A stretch of DNA of 64,000 nucleotides from a virus (IMGVR_UViG_3300022562_001605:1-64000), one strand, 5' to 3'; shown: positions 28,348 to 37,587, numbered from the stretch's first letter. The notes: generated by a model not told the origin, from the letters alone. Made by a program: numbers and translations.

Positions 28348-29358
28348 TTAATTTTGATCTTCTACCAAAACATTATTTGGATTTGCTGAAGCCCATCGCC
28401 ATGCAAATCCACCAGCAGAACGACGTTCGCCGTCACAAACTTTTTTGATACTAGAAGAATCAATATCTGTTTTATGCATAGCACTAGTTGGTGAATCAAA
28501 AAGTTCAATAACTTTAGGATTACCATCACCCAACAATGCTTCTGCAAGATTCAACTGTTCAACTGCGATGGAAGTTACTTCTGTCTTGCTGGTATCAACA
28601 AAAGCACCTTCAAGGTTATCAGCCGGAAGATGTCCAGAAGAATCATGATCAACAACCATTTCACGAACAACAACATATCGACAAGTGCGACCTTTTGCAT
28701 TGTTATAATCGCTTGGAATGGCAACTACATCAGCTGGATTGATTTTAACAATAACAACTTTCTTATCACTACCATATGCACCATAGTGTGGTAGATATTC
28801 CCGTGAACAAAAATGTAATCCTGATGAACAAGTATGATCTTTATCTTCATCTACTTGATTGCGTGGCATTTCAACAACTTTACCGGGTGAATTATCAACT
28901 TTACTAGTGTAACAATCTGTAAAATCACCATTGACGCGTTTGTATGCAAGGAAACAACCATCTTCGGTGATTGGAAGCTCTGATGCTTCTAAGAAATCAT
29001 ACAGTTCGTTTACTGCACGATATGAAGGATTTTCCATTAAATTTTCAAGGAAAAGAGCCATCGGTGAAACATCATAACCTTCGCTATGCATATCTAGAAT
29101 TCGTTTTGTAAGTGTATTGTGAAGAGGAACACCATCGTATGTTACATATCCACCTTCTACTGCAACCTTTTCGATACCTTTGATTGATTGTTTTACCGCT
29201 TCGATTGGCATAGATAATTTTTTAGCCAGATCCCAATCTTTATTACGAACGGCTAGACATACCGCTTCATAATTTGGATTGTTATTATATACTGTAGCTG
29301 AATCACCATCGTCAAATACAAGGGTAAGATGTGAATCAGATTTGATAAATGACGCCAT
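28348..29358 (-). CDS. rIIB: rIIB-like protein with C-terminal NUMOD1 module
   Basis: RAVNELYDFL, ITEDGCFLAYKRV, VEMPRNQVD, CSSGLHFCS, VIVKINPADVVAIPSDY, KGRTCRY. Confidence 0.9.
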   Translation of the reverse strand: MASFIKSDSHLTLVFDDGDSATVYNNNPNYEAVCLAVRNKDWDLAKKLSMPIEAVKQSIKGIEKVAVEGGYVTYDGVPLHNTLTKRILDMHSEGYDVSPMALFLENLMENPSYRAVNELYDFLEASELPITEDGCFLAYKRVNGDFTDCYTSKVDNSPGKVVEMPRNQVDEDKDHTCSSGLHFCSREYLPHYGAYGSDKKVVIVKINPADVVAIPSDYNNAKGRTCRYVVVREMVVDHDSSGHLPADNLEGAFVDTSKTEVTSIAVEQLNLAEALLGDGNPKVIELFDSPTSAMHKTDIDSSSIKKVCDGERRSAGGFAWRWASANPNNVLVEDQN

Positions 29359-29360
29359 TT

Positions 29361-31652
29361 TTAACTCCTATCTATTAAATTAATATAATCGAAAAATACC
29401 GACCATTTGTTATTATAACCCAAATCATCAACCAATGTCAACATTGGATATTTGGAAAACGCATCATCGTTATAAAATGGAGTATCATCGATGTTATCAT
29501 GACCATACAACTTCCGATATAATGTTTCGATAATATAAGCTATCTTCATGATATCTTCAGAATATTTTTCTTTACCTTCTATCAGTGGAAGCATAGCCTT
29601 TTTAAATTCGGAATTGTTGTCTAATGCTTTAACACCATTAACAAATTCAGGTTTGGTGATTTGTTTTTTAGCATTAAGTATATTAGATGTATTGAGTTCG
29701 CGACGGTGGAAAGATATTTCATCCACGTAACCAGGCAATACTTCCAATGCAAAATCGAAGATATTTTCCCAATTACCATTTTTTATCGCCTTTTTATAAG
29801 TAGCTACAGGTAAACCATAAATGGTTTTTAAATTATAATCAGTATTATGTTTTTTGTTGTATTCTTTGATTAAAAATTCAAGAACTCTGCGCGTTAAATC
29901 ACCATCACCAATGTTTAATGGGATAAATTCACCGTCTGCATTCACGGTAGCAACGGTAGCACCGAACTTTAATGGGAAAAATAAACCACCATCTTTGATA
30001 TTGACTTGCGCTTTATCCCACGAAATTTTATCACTATCATAATAAGAACGGCGTGAAGTACCACTATATTGATAAAAATTAAGTTCGCGGACTGTGCCTG
30101 TTTCGCGGATAATTTCATCTGTAATTTCTGAAATTAAATGAATATCAGGATTTCCTAATTCTTCACGAAGACGAGATAGTTCCTTTTTAAAACCCATATA
30201 TTTTACTGGTTTATCACCATTAAATTCTTCACGTGGGTTAGCATATTGTGAAACTACAATCGCATCAGAATATTCATTATTATTTAAATATTCACGCAGG
30301 CGACCTAGACCGCCATTCTTTACATCATTAATAACCCAAAGTGTGGTGGCACTTGGTGAAAATTCATTACCAACACCATACTTTTTCAATCTTTTACTTT
30401 TTGTATAGTAACCATTGAGTGTATACTTAGTAAGGTCATATCCGCGCAATGGCGAGAGTTTAACATGTCCGTCATTTTTAATATAACGCTTAAGTATTTT
30501 ATTTTTAATTTTTTCAGGATTGATTAACTTTCGAATTGCATTTTCGCGCTCGAAAAGCTCACGGGATAATTGCGACAATTCTATACAAGCGTACCAATAC
30601 TTATTATTGATTGCGCCGAGTTTCTTTTCGACTTCACCTGCAAATTCATCACGAATTTGTTTAGAACGTTTAACTAATGCGGCAAGTGAACCTTTATCAT
30701 AACGAATTTCTTCACGGTTTGCCGAAACGTCAAGTTCACCGATGTTAAAAAATGCTACAACATGTGAATGTTCTAGAAAATGTTTTAAATCGGCATCTTC
30801 TATATTATCACGCAACTGTTGTCCATCGACACGATACGCCACATTTCCTTGAACTGCTGTAAAAGACGAATACGAATATCCATTTGTAGATGAAAGCATC
30901 CAATCTTTGGTTTCAATTCGATGTTCTGGTAGTTTATCGAATTGAAAATGTAAAGCCCCAGTTACCTTTGGTTTAATAGGAAAATATTTAAGTGCTGAAG
31001 CGGTTTTTTCCCTGAATTTAGAAAAATCTTCGCGCTTGATGGTAAGTTTAACTTCCAACCCACTGTGTTCATCTGTAGCTATATCACCCATTAATGCAAC
31101 CGTAGGAATTCCATCTTCATTTAAAAATATACTGTAAATGTGTTTTTTTCCGCCAAAGCGTGAAACAACTTCAAATGCATTTGTATAACTAAATGGGCTT
31201 TTAGAACCGAGTCCTAGTGCACCAATGAAATCATTAGATTCTGTTTTCGTAGAATCAAAGTAAGTGGTGTATAAACCGCCAGAACGTACGAAACGCAAAT
31301 TACCATTATCGTCGATGGCTTGTACTTCTTCATCATTATCATCTTTAACCATGACAGGAATCATAACACCACGAATATCTTCGTCTGCCAATCCTGTACC
31401 GTAGTCTTTAATAGAAAACCATGGTTCTAAATCGTTTGGAAGGTGAATTTCAAAAGGAGTATTTTTGTTATTTGCTTTGACGTGCGCATCATATGCATTA
31501 CAACTAAGTTCACGAACAATCGCCATTATAGGATCAGTATATAATCCACTAGAAAGTATCTTAAAAGACAGTGCGTTGGTTTTAATGCTGAAATTGGTTT
31601 CACCATGAACACCACCACGTTCAATATTTGACTGTTCTGTATGTAATTTCAT
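29361..31652 (-). CDS. rIIA: rIIA-like protein (N-terminal GHKL ATPase)
   Basis: LYTDPIMAIVRELSCNAYDAH, IKDYGTGL, GALGLGSKSPFSY, SANREEIRYD; directly upstream of rIIB. Confidence 0.92.
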   Translation of the reverse strand: MKLHTEQSNIERGGVHGETNFSIKTNALSFKILSSGLYTDPIMAIVRELSCNAYDAHVKANNKNTPFEIHLPNDLEPWFSIKDYGTGLADEDIRGVMIPVMVKDDNDEEVQAIDDNGNLRFVRSGGLYTTYFDSTKTESNDFIGALGLGSKSPFSYTNAFEVVSRFGGKKHIYSIFLNEDGIPTVALMGDIATDEHSGLEVKLTIKREDFSKFREKTASALKYFPIKPKVTGALHFQFDKLPEHRIETKDWMLSSTNGYSYSSFTAVQGNVAYRVDGQQLRDNIEDADLKHFLEHSHVVAFFNIGELDVSANREEIRYDKGSLAALVKRSKQIRDEFAGEVEKKLGAINNKYWYACIELSQLSRELFERENAIRKLINPEKIKNKILKRYIKNDGHVKLSPLRGYDLTKYTLNGYYTKSKRLKKYGVGNEFSPSATTLWVINDVKNGGLGRLREYLNNNEYSDAIVVSQYANPREEFNGDKPVKYMGFKKELSRLREELGNPDIHLISEITDEIIRETGTVRELNFYQYSGTSRRSYYDSDKISWDKAQVNIKDGGLFFPLKFGATVATVNADGEFIPLNIGDGDLTRRVLEFLIKEYNKKHNTDYNLKTIYGLPVATYKKAIKNGNWENIFDFALEVLPGYVDEISFHRRELNTSNILNAKKQITKPEFVNGVKALDNNSEFKKAMLPLIEGKEKYSEDIMKIAYIIETLYRKLYGHDNIDDTPFYNDDAFSKYPMLTLVDDLGYNNKWSVFFDYINLIDRS

Positions 31653-31688
31653 CTTTGTCCTCGTTTGTTGACGTTAAACAATAAGGAT

Positions 31689-31717
31689 ATTATATAAAAT
31701 TAGGTTACAAATGTCAA
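31689..31717 (-). promoter_or_regulatory. sigma70 consensus promoter for rIIA-rIIB
   Basis: TTGACA-17-TATAAT, perfect consensus. Confidence 0.85.
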
Positions 31718-31733
31718 GTCTTTTGATTAAATT

Positions 31734-31898
31734 TTACTTTTCGGTATGTTGCTGATTTCTAATATCATTTAAATAATCTGCAACGGTTTTTCCACGGTTG
31801 ACAGTTTCTTCTGCGGCTTTTTGGGCGGCTTCAGCAGCTGCAATGGTAGCTTGTTCATTATCGCGTACGGTACTATCAATATCTTTTATTAGACTCAT
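31734..31898 (-). CDS. 54 aa Ala-rich helical protein (not in ORF track)
   Basis: MSLIKDIDSTVRDNEQATIAAAEAAQKAAEE...; in operon with the upstream ORF. Confidence 0.5.
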   Translation of the reverse strand: MSLIKDIDSTVRDNEQATIAAAEAAQKAAEETVNRGKTVADYLNDIRNQQHTEK

Positions 31899-31901
31899 AA
31901 A

Positions 31902-32117
31902 TTAATCCATGTAATCTTTTGTGTGTTTTTCTTTACGTTTATATTTTGTTTTATCGTCATGGCTACCAGCACCTGAAGTTTGGGCAAACTTAGCCACTAG
32001 ATTGCTTGGGGCATTCAATGTAGGTTTTTTTGCCTTCTTTTTACGTGCACGCTTGGCAGCGCGTACACGCTTTGTTTTACTTTTAGCCATTTCTATTAAA
32101 ATTTCAGCGACTTTCAT
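31902..32117 (-). CDS. small very basic late protein
   Basis: K/R-rich; GGAG SD; TATAAATA at 32143-32150. Confidence 0.6.
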   Translation of the reverse strand: MKVAEILIEMAKSKTKRVRAAKRARKKKAKKPTLNAPSNLVAKFAQTSGAGSHDDKTKYKRKEKHTKDYMD

Positions 32118-32149
32118 AGTTGCTCCGATAAAATTATACCTCTATTTAT

Positions 32150-32177
32150 AAAAAAGGGGGCTAGTGCCCCCTTTTTT
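32150..32177. terminator. bidirectional-type intrinsic terminator after hsp20
   Basis: AAAAAAGGGGGC-TAGT-GCCCCCTTTTTT. Confidence 0.85.
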
Positions 32178-32619
32178 ATTTAAGAAATTTAACTGCTTTA
32201 TCGTCAGTTAAAATAGGTATTTTTTTAGGTTTCTTTTCTTCTGGTATGACATATTTTAGACGTATATGTAACATACCGTCCTTCATAGCTGCCCCGACTA
32301 CTTCCAAATGCTCGTGAAGTGCGAAACTTTTGGTAAATTTGCGAGCTGCAATGCCGCGATGTAGATAAGTAAGGTCATCATCCTGCGGCAATTCGCCGGA
32401 CACTTTTAGCGTGCCAGCTTCTACAGAAATGTCTATATTATCTTCAGTATAGCCAGCGAGTGCCAACGAAAGAACCATTTCTTCATCACTAAGTTTTACA
32501 AGATTGTGTGGTGGGAAGTTTGTCGGATTAATGCGATTCATGTTATTGAAAAGCCTATCAAATCCGAGGCCGCGTGGGGTAAAAAAAGTGTCAAAAAGTG
32601 TATCAAAATTATCATTCAT
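32176..32619 (-). CDS. small heat-shock protein (Hsp20/IbpA family)
   Basis: GFDRLF, NFPPHNL, LALAGY, YLHRGIAARKF, GAAMKDGMLHI, IPEEKKPKKIPI; start re-called to ATG 32619. Confidence 0.93.
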   Translation of the reverse strand: MNDNFDTLFDTFFTPRGLGFDRLFNNMNRINPTNFPPHNLVKLSDEEMVLSLALAGYTEDNIDISVEAGTLKVSGELPQDDDLTYLHRGIAARKFTKSFALHEHLEVVGAAMKDGMLHIRLKYVIPEEKKPKKIPILTDDKAVKFLK

Positions 32620-32718
32620 GATATTTCTCCTTATTAAGCAAGATTGTTGTGGACCCTTTCGGCATCCAATTGTTTGTATCAACCGATACAAATTCTGTTA
32701 CGGTCTATTAAGCACCGT
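32617..32718 (-). promoter_or_regulatory. ROSE-like RNA thermometer 5' UTR of hsp20
   Basis: Four hairpins; the last is CUUGCUU-AAU-AAGGAG, with the UUGCU motif and bulged G opposite the SD; AATAAATA at 32725-32732. Confidence 0.7.
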
Positions 32719-32730
32719 TTTTGGTATTTA

Positions 32731-33117
32731 TTATTCTGGCTCACCTTGCCACAATAATTCATACCCTAATTCATATGTATCTGTGCAGAGTTCTTTTAGT
32801 CTACTGAATTTTTCATTAAAGACAATATCTGCATGTGAAAGTTCATGTTGATTAAACGATTTCCAATATGTGACAATCGCCATGTGATCGCCTGTAGATT
32901 CGTGTTCGCCTACAGAACCTTCATCTGATATAAAACCTGCGTATTTAAAAACTTGGCCTGCGATGAATCCACCTTCTTCGTTACCATAAGTATTTTTAAC
33001 AGTATTACACATTTCACCAAGGGCAAGCTCGACATCTTCCATCGATACACCATCTTTTAATTTAACAACGTTAAAAAGCATTACTGTTTCAAATGGAATT
33101 TTAATAGGATTAAACAT
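32731..33117 (-). CDS. half-size sulfur oxygenase reductase (SOR)-like dimeric alpha+beta barrel protein
   Basis: FNVVKLK, GEMCN, GFIAGQ, VTYWKSFNQHELSH, TYELGYE align with SOR N-domain motifs; start re-called to ATG 33117. Confidence 0.6.
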   Translation of the reverse strand: MFNPIKIPFETVMLFNVVKLKDGVSMEDVELALGEMCNTVKNTYGNEEGGFIAGQVFKYAGFISDEGSVGEHESTGDHMAIVTYWKSFNQHELSHADIVFNEKFSRLKELCTDTYELGYELLWQGEPE

Positions 33118-33130
33118 AGTATCACCCGTT

Positions 33131-33547
33131 TTATAATTTGTTTTTTGTAATCCATCGCACGGCGGCTTTAATAACCGGTCGATGTAATTCCCTACCAGAT
33201 TTAGCAAATTCTTCTGGTGACATCCATTCTACCGCACCAGTTTCTTCATCAGGATCGCCGAACATGTCTGGATCTTTTATTTCCGCCAGATATATTCTTG
33301 TTCTTCCGAGAAAATTTCCTAAATCATACTTGTGTAAAATATTTCCACTAAACAAACCTAGTTCTTCGCCTGCTTCGCGAAATGCGGTTTCTTTATCGGT
33401 TTCACCCTGTTCTTGTTTTCCTTTGGCGATCTGAAAATAATCACCGCCGAACTTTGGATTCGACGGTTTCATAAACATCATTTTGATTTCGCCATCTGCT
33501 ACGTAAAAAGGTATTACGCCTGCACGATATATCTTTTGCTTATCCAT
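33131..33547 (-). CDS. Nudix hydrolase
   Basis: KGKQEQGETDKETAFREAGEELG Nudix box; TATAAATA at 33578-33585. Confidence 0.9.
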   Translation of the reverse strand: MDKQKIYRAGVIPFYVADGEIKMMFMKPSNPKFGGDYFQIAKGKQEQGETDKETAFREAGEELGLFSGNILHKYDLGNFLGRTRIYLAEIKDPDMFGDPDEETGAVEWMSPEEFAKSGRELHRPVIKAAVRWITKNKL

Positions 33548-33598
33548 TGTATTTTACCTATAAACACTAATTTATTGTATTTATAAGGCATTAAAGGA

Positions 33599-33913
33599 TT
33601 AGCTTTCGGATGTTTCGCGCCAGATTTCCATTTTTTTGGTAGCTTTGTTCTTACGAACAAACACTTTACCCTTTTCAGGATAGCGGTCATGGCGTTTGAT
33701 TTGACGTAAAACGTTGGTTGAAACACCATGGCTCGTCGCGTATTGTTCAAAATCTACGGGCGTAGTAGGGACTTCAAGAAAAGCTTTTGCTATTTTATCG
33801 CCCTTGCGACCACGCTTTTTTAGAACTCGCGGCGTTTTTGTAGCAGTTTGTGGTTCACCTGATGTTGTACCACCTACTCCATTCAAAACATGTGATGTAA
33901 CATTATCTGACAT
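33599..33913 (-). CDS. basic putative DNA-binding (HTH-like) protein
   Basis: FEQYATSHGVSTNVLRQIKR. Confidence 0.5.
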   Translation of the reverse strand: MSDNVTSHVLNGVGGTTSGEPQTATKTPRVLKKRGRKGDKIAKAFLEVPTTPVDFEQYATSHGVSTNVLRQIKRHDRYPEKGKVFVRKNKATKKMEIWRETSES

Positions 33914-33945
33914 ATTAATTTCCTCGTAATGTAGGTTACGATAGC

Positions 33946-33974
33946 AGTATATAACACAAAAACCAAAAAGTCAA
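33946..33974 (-). promoter_or_regulatory. sigma70 promoter
   Basis: TTGACT-17-TATACT. Confidence 0.7.
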
Positions 33975-33998
33975 TACTTTATTGGTTTAAAGAATAAG

Positions 33999-34478
33999 CT
34001 ATTCGTTCTTAGGTTTAAAATCGATAATTTCGGCATTATTTTTCACAATTTCCGAAGTTAATATATTTGTTTCAGATAAGCCTCCGTTTCCAAATCCGAG
34101 CTGTCGAAATTTTTTTGCGTTATCTTCCACACCATTCCAAAAAATACTTACCATTTTATTCATTCGTGCCAATGGATCTACAATTCCGTTTAGTTCTTGT
34201 TCAATGCGCCACTGTTTAGCACGATATCTTTCACGCTTATCTTCGGGTAAACTTTCCATGAATTCTTCTATTAGTGTTGCAATATATTGTGCAAATTCTT
34301 CAGGATCACGTTCATATAAATCTTTCATGTAATCGAAATCATATTTCATATCGATATACCCTCTGTTATCAAGTACCATAAGTTGCATTAAAAATCGTGA
34401 ACGATTAATGCGCCAATTAATTTGTTCAAGTTCATCCTTGAACTTTTCCAAATTGTTTATAACATCTTGCAGTGTCAA
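33999..34478 (-). CDS. hypothetical protein (start uncertain)
   Basis: 159 aa; C-terminal NAEIIDFKPK. Confidence 0.55.
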   Translation of the reverse strand: MTLQDVINNLEKFKDELEQINWRINRSRFLMQLMVLDNRGYIDMKYDFDYMKDLYERDPEEFAQYIATLIEEFMESLPEDKRERYRAKQWRIEQELNGIVDPLARMNKMVSIFWNGVEDNAKKFRQLGFGNGGLSETNILTSEIVKNNAEIIDFKPKNE

Positions 34479-35150
34479 TTATTCAACCCCAAATGATCTG
34501 AATGCACGGTTTGCTATTTTAGCGTATATGCCTTGGAAGCGATCATATACCCAATTAGCAAGTCGCACGAGTGGATCATTTAATATTGTCCAGAACATTG
34601 ATGTCGGCCACCAAAGTATCCATGTAACTATTTTAGATTTGAAATTCTTTGCTTGTGGAATAACCCATTTTGTTGATGTATCGTGATCATCATAACTATA
34701 ACTAAACTGGCTGCGATATTCTCCACAATAGTCTTCTTTTAAACGTTTGTTAAATTGTTTAATAGCCTCTTTTGGAATTTGTGTTTTAACATCTACTGCG
34801 AGTTTTTCAACACCTTCGGCTTTATTATAAATGTGTTCAATAAAATAAAGTTTAACTTCTTTGAAAACATCTGCACGCTTATGAATAAATGAAAACCATT
34901 TAATTACTGACCAGCCAGCGCCGATAACATAATAGGCCGTAAGATACATTAATAAATTAAGCGGATGCGCAAATATTGATATAATATTTGAATATTGCAT
35001 TAATCCAATAAACGCACCTACAGTTACAAACGCCCAGAAATTCTTTTCATTTTCTGCGAATGCACAAACTAAAGCAAAGGCAACGATACCCCAAAACCAT
35101 ACTGCCCATATACTAGACACTATAAAAAAAGCTGTAAAAGCTTCCCACAT
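34479..35150 (-). CDS. multi-TM membrane protein
   Basis: Three N-terminal TM helices; WILWWPTSMFWTILNDP. Confidence 0.7.
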   Translation of the reverse strand: MWEAFTAFFIVSSIWAVWFWGIVAFALVCAFAENEKNFWAFVTVGAFIGLMQYSNIISIFAHPLNLLMYLTAYYVIGAGWSVIKWFSFIHKRADVFKEVKLYFIEHIYNKAEGVEKLAVDVKTQIPKEAIKQFNKRLKEDYCGEYRSQFSYSYDDHDTSTKWVIPQAKNFKSKIVTWILWWPTSMFWTILNDPLVRLANWVYDRFQGIYAKIANRAFRSFGVE

Positions 35151-35167
35151 ATTACTTTCTCCTGTTA

Positions 35168-35824
35168 TTAACTATATGCATTAACACCGACTTTATCATC
35201 CCACAGGACGCGAACACGTCTTGCAGAACCTAAAGCTTGTCTTGCATCTTCTAATGCATTATGTGAACCCCTGGTATCATATCCCATAGTTTCAAATAGT
35301 GCGTCTGAAATATATGCACCTACAGTAGCAAACCCTATTGAATTGGTATCATAGTGTCTACTACCAAATGGTATTTCAATGCCGTGCCGTCTAAACATTG
35401 AACGTAAAAACGGAACATCGAACATGTGCACGTTATGTCCAAGCGTTTTCACTTGTGAAGTTGGTCCCCAATACTTTACTATTAAGCTAGCTATTTGCAT
35501 GACCGCTTCTTCTTCAAAAACACCATTCTTTTCTAAATAATCAAAAGTTAATCCATGAATATTTGCAGCAGCAACACCAAACGATGGATCGTTGTCCCGC
35601 GCTCGGCGGCTATCATAATTATATTTTATTTCTAAATAAAGTTCTTCGACAGGTTTCAAGGTCATTGCATCTGCTACAATAATACCCCACGATACTGCTT
35701 GATGTCCATTAGATACATCATCACCATCCCAATCTAATCCTGTTGTTTCACAATCTATCGCTAACAAATATTGAAAATAGCCTCTTGGTTTTTCGCGTTT
35801 TTCTTCTTGTTGTTCTGGTTTCAT
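35168..35824 (-). CDS. DEDDh 3'-5' exonuclease (DnaQ/oligoribonuclease-like)
   Basis: AIDCETTGLD, LGHNVHMFDVPFL, YDT, SHNALEDA. Confidence 0.88.
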   Translation of the reverse strand: MKPEQQEEKREKPRGYFQYLLAIDCETTGLDWDGDDVSNGHQAVSWGIIVADAMTLKPVEELYLEIKYNYDSRRARDNDPSFGVAAANIHGLTFDYLEKNGVFEEEAVMQIASLIVKYWGPTSQVKTLGHNVHMFDVPFLRSMFRRHGIEIPFGSRHYDTNSIGFATVGAYISDALFETMGYDTRGSHNALEDARQALGSARRVRVLWDDKVGVNAYS

Positions 35825-35828
35825 TATT

Positions 35829-36128
35829 TTACCCTATACTCCAGTTTATTATACCTTTTGACCAGTTCGGCTTTTCTACATGAACCCAACATTCAAGTCC
35901 ATCGTCCCACTTGTACCAAATTTCTTCTTTTGGCATAGCATGAATACCTTGTGGTATTTCTTCTATCACCAACCATTCATATAGACATTCATGCATATCT
36001 GCTAAATTTAGATCAGCCGCCTCACATGCTTTTGGTTTTTCTTCATAATATCCAAAACATCTGGTCGCGCCATGTGGATAGTACTTACTATCTGGGTTTG
36101 CTTCAAGAATTGCAGTTAAAAAATACAT
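35829..36128 (-). CDS. hypothetical protein
   Basis: RCFGYY..DMHECLYEWLVIEEI. Confidence 0.6.
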   Translation of the reverse strand: MYFLTAILEANPDSKYYPHGATRCFGYYEEKPKACEAADLNLADMHECLYEWLVIEEIPQGIHAMPKEEIWYKWDDGLECWVHVEKPNWSKGIINWSIG

Positions 36129-36149
36129 ATTTTTCCTCTAAACTTCCAA

Positions 36150-36407
36150 CTAGTCATGTTCATCAATATCAGGTGCAAATTCTATTTGTCCATCAATTAG
36201 TATTGGTTTATCACACGCCTTGCGCATAAATTCGAGCGTCCATTTGAGTCCATCTAAAGACATTCCATATGGTGAAATAGGTTCTTTGGAAATGAGACAT
36301 AATTCATCTTCGCTATTGTAATACGCTTCATGCACTTCATAATAGATTCCATTTTCGGTTTCGTCGCGTAAACTTTGTTTTTGTATTATTCTGTAATCCC
36401 AAGACAT
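36150..36407 (-). CDS. hypothetical protein
   Basis: MSWDYRII..YYEVHEAYY..PYG..LKWTL..PIL. Confidence 0.65.
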   Translation of the reverse strand: MSWDYRIIQKQSLRDETENGIYYEVHEAYYNSEDELCLISKEPISPYGMSLDGLKWTLEFMRKACDKPILIDGQIEFAPDIDEHD

Positions 36408-36607
36408 TAAATAATCCTACATTTGCGTATTTTGCACCAAAATATTAGAAATAATTTTCGTAATTCTAAAACTTTGTTACGGGCTTCTTCTTTTTTTATC
36501 CCTTCGGGATACCTATGAAACGATTTCAATTCACCATAAGTAAACAACGTTTCTAGTTTAAGGAATTCCTTTTTATCTTCCAAATAAACAACATCGTACC
36601 ACATCAA
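36407..36607 (-). CDS. hypothetical protein
   Basis: TAATG coupling. Confidence 0.45.
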   Translation of the reverse strand: MMWYDVVYLEDKKEFLKLETLFTYGELKSFHRYPEGIKKEEARNKVLELRKLFLIFWCKIRKCRII

Positions 36608-36660
36608 GCCATCACATTTTTCTTTTTCTTCTTCGGAGCCACATAATGGTTTTGTGTGAC

Positions 36661-36696
36661 AAAAAAATTCCTAGTTATATCCATAACTAGGAATTC
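36661..36696 (-). terminator. intrinsic terminator after erpA
   Basis: AATTCCTAGTTA-6 nt-TAACTAGGAATT followed by a T-run on the minus strand. Confidence 0.7.
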
Positions 36697-36721
36697 TATA
36701 ACACAATCTTAAGGATGTCAA
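36693..36721 (-). promoter_or_regulatory. sigma70 promoter overlapping the erpA terminator
   Basis: TTGACA-17-TAGAAT. Confidence 0.65.
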
Positions 36722-36724
36722 GGA

Positions 36725-37084
36725 TTAAACGGCGAAACTATTACCACAACCACATGTCGTTGATGCGTTCGGATTGCTAACAGTAAAATATTGACTAAAG
36801 GCTTCTTTTTTAAAATCTAGTACTGCACCATTAAGGTACATAATACTCATTGGATCTATTGCGAATTTGATATCGTTTTTTTCGATAACTATATCATCAT
36901 CATTTATATTAGTTATAAATTCAAAGCCATAATTAAACCCGCTGCAACCACCACCTTGTACGTAAATACGCAATCCGATAGCGAGGGCTTCTGCGTCTGG
37001 TTCTTCGTTTTCGTTAATCAATTCTTTAACACGTAATGCGGCTGCATCCGTAACAACAAATTGTTCGGTAACAATATCTTCCAT
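36725..37084 (-). CDS. erpA: A-type Fe-S cluster carrier (ErpA/IscA/HesB family)
   Basis: LRIYVQGGGCSGFNYGF, IDPMSIMYLNGAVLDF, NPNASTTCGCGNSFAV. Confidence 0.92.
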   Translation of the reverse strand: MEDIVTEQFVVTDAAALRVKELINENEEPDAEALAIGLRIYVQGGGCSGFNYGFEFITNINDDDIVIEKNDIKFAIDPMSIMYLNGAVLDFKKEAFSQYFTVSNPNASTTCGCGNSFAV

Positions 37085-37108
37085 AGTATTCTCCTTATTA
37101 GAAAAAAA

Positions 37109-37384
37109 TTAAGATAATAAAATTATTTCTTTTTCTGCTTCAGAAATATCTGCAATTTTTTGATATTCCTTTTCGCGGTCATCCGTCCATTCACCCAATT
37201 GTTGCAAGATGTTTCTTTCTAGTGCATGATTTCCACGACGACCGTGCATAAAAGCAAGTTCACGCTTTTGAATAATAACCTGCTCACAGGCTTCCAAATG
37301 CGTGATACCATAAATTTCTTGTAAACTTTCTATAATTTCTTCTTCTGGTGGAGAAAAATATACTTCTTTTACAGGTATTTTCAT
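37109..37384 (-). CDS. hypothetical protein
   Basis: Start re-called to MKIP. Confidence 0.5.
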   Translation of the reverse strand: MKIPVKEVYFSPPEEEIIESLQEIYGITHLEACEQVIIQKRELAFMHGRRGNHALERNILQQLGEWTDDREKEYQKIADISEAEKEIILLS

Positions 37385-37401
37385 GCCCGTATTTATAAAG
37401 C

Positions 37402-37587
37402 TTATTTTACGTAAGAAACCCAATTGTTTCTAAATTGGCCACCACCGGTTTTGCAGCGTGCAGTAATTGTCTTTTCAGAGCCTGGAGTTCCAAGGCCGTT
37501 CAATGCTTTACTTGCAGCTCGTGCTGAAGAAAAAACGCGTACCTTGCCAGATTTGAGATTTTTAGATTTAACTTGTTTGGTTGTCAT
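37402..37587 (-). CDS. stand-alone NUMOD1/IENR1-like DNA-binding protein
   Basis: KVRVFSSARAASKAL...ITARCK...WVSY. Confidence 0.45.
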   Translation of the reverse strand: MTTKQVKSKNLKSGKVRVFSSARAASKALNGLGTPGSEKTITARCKTGGGQFRNNWVSYVK

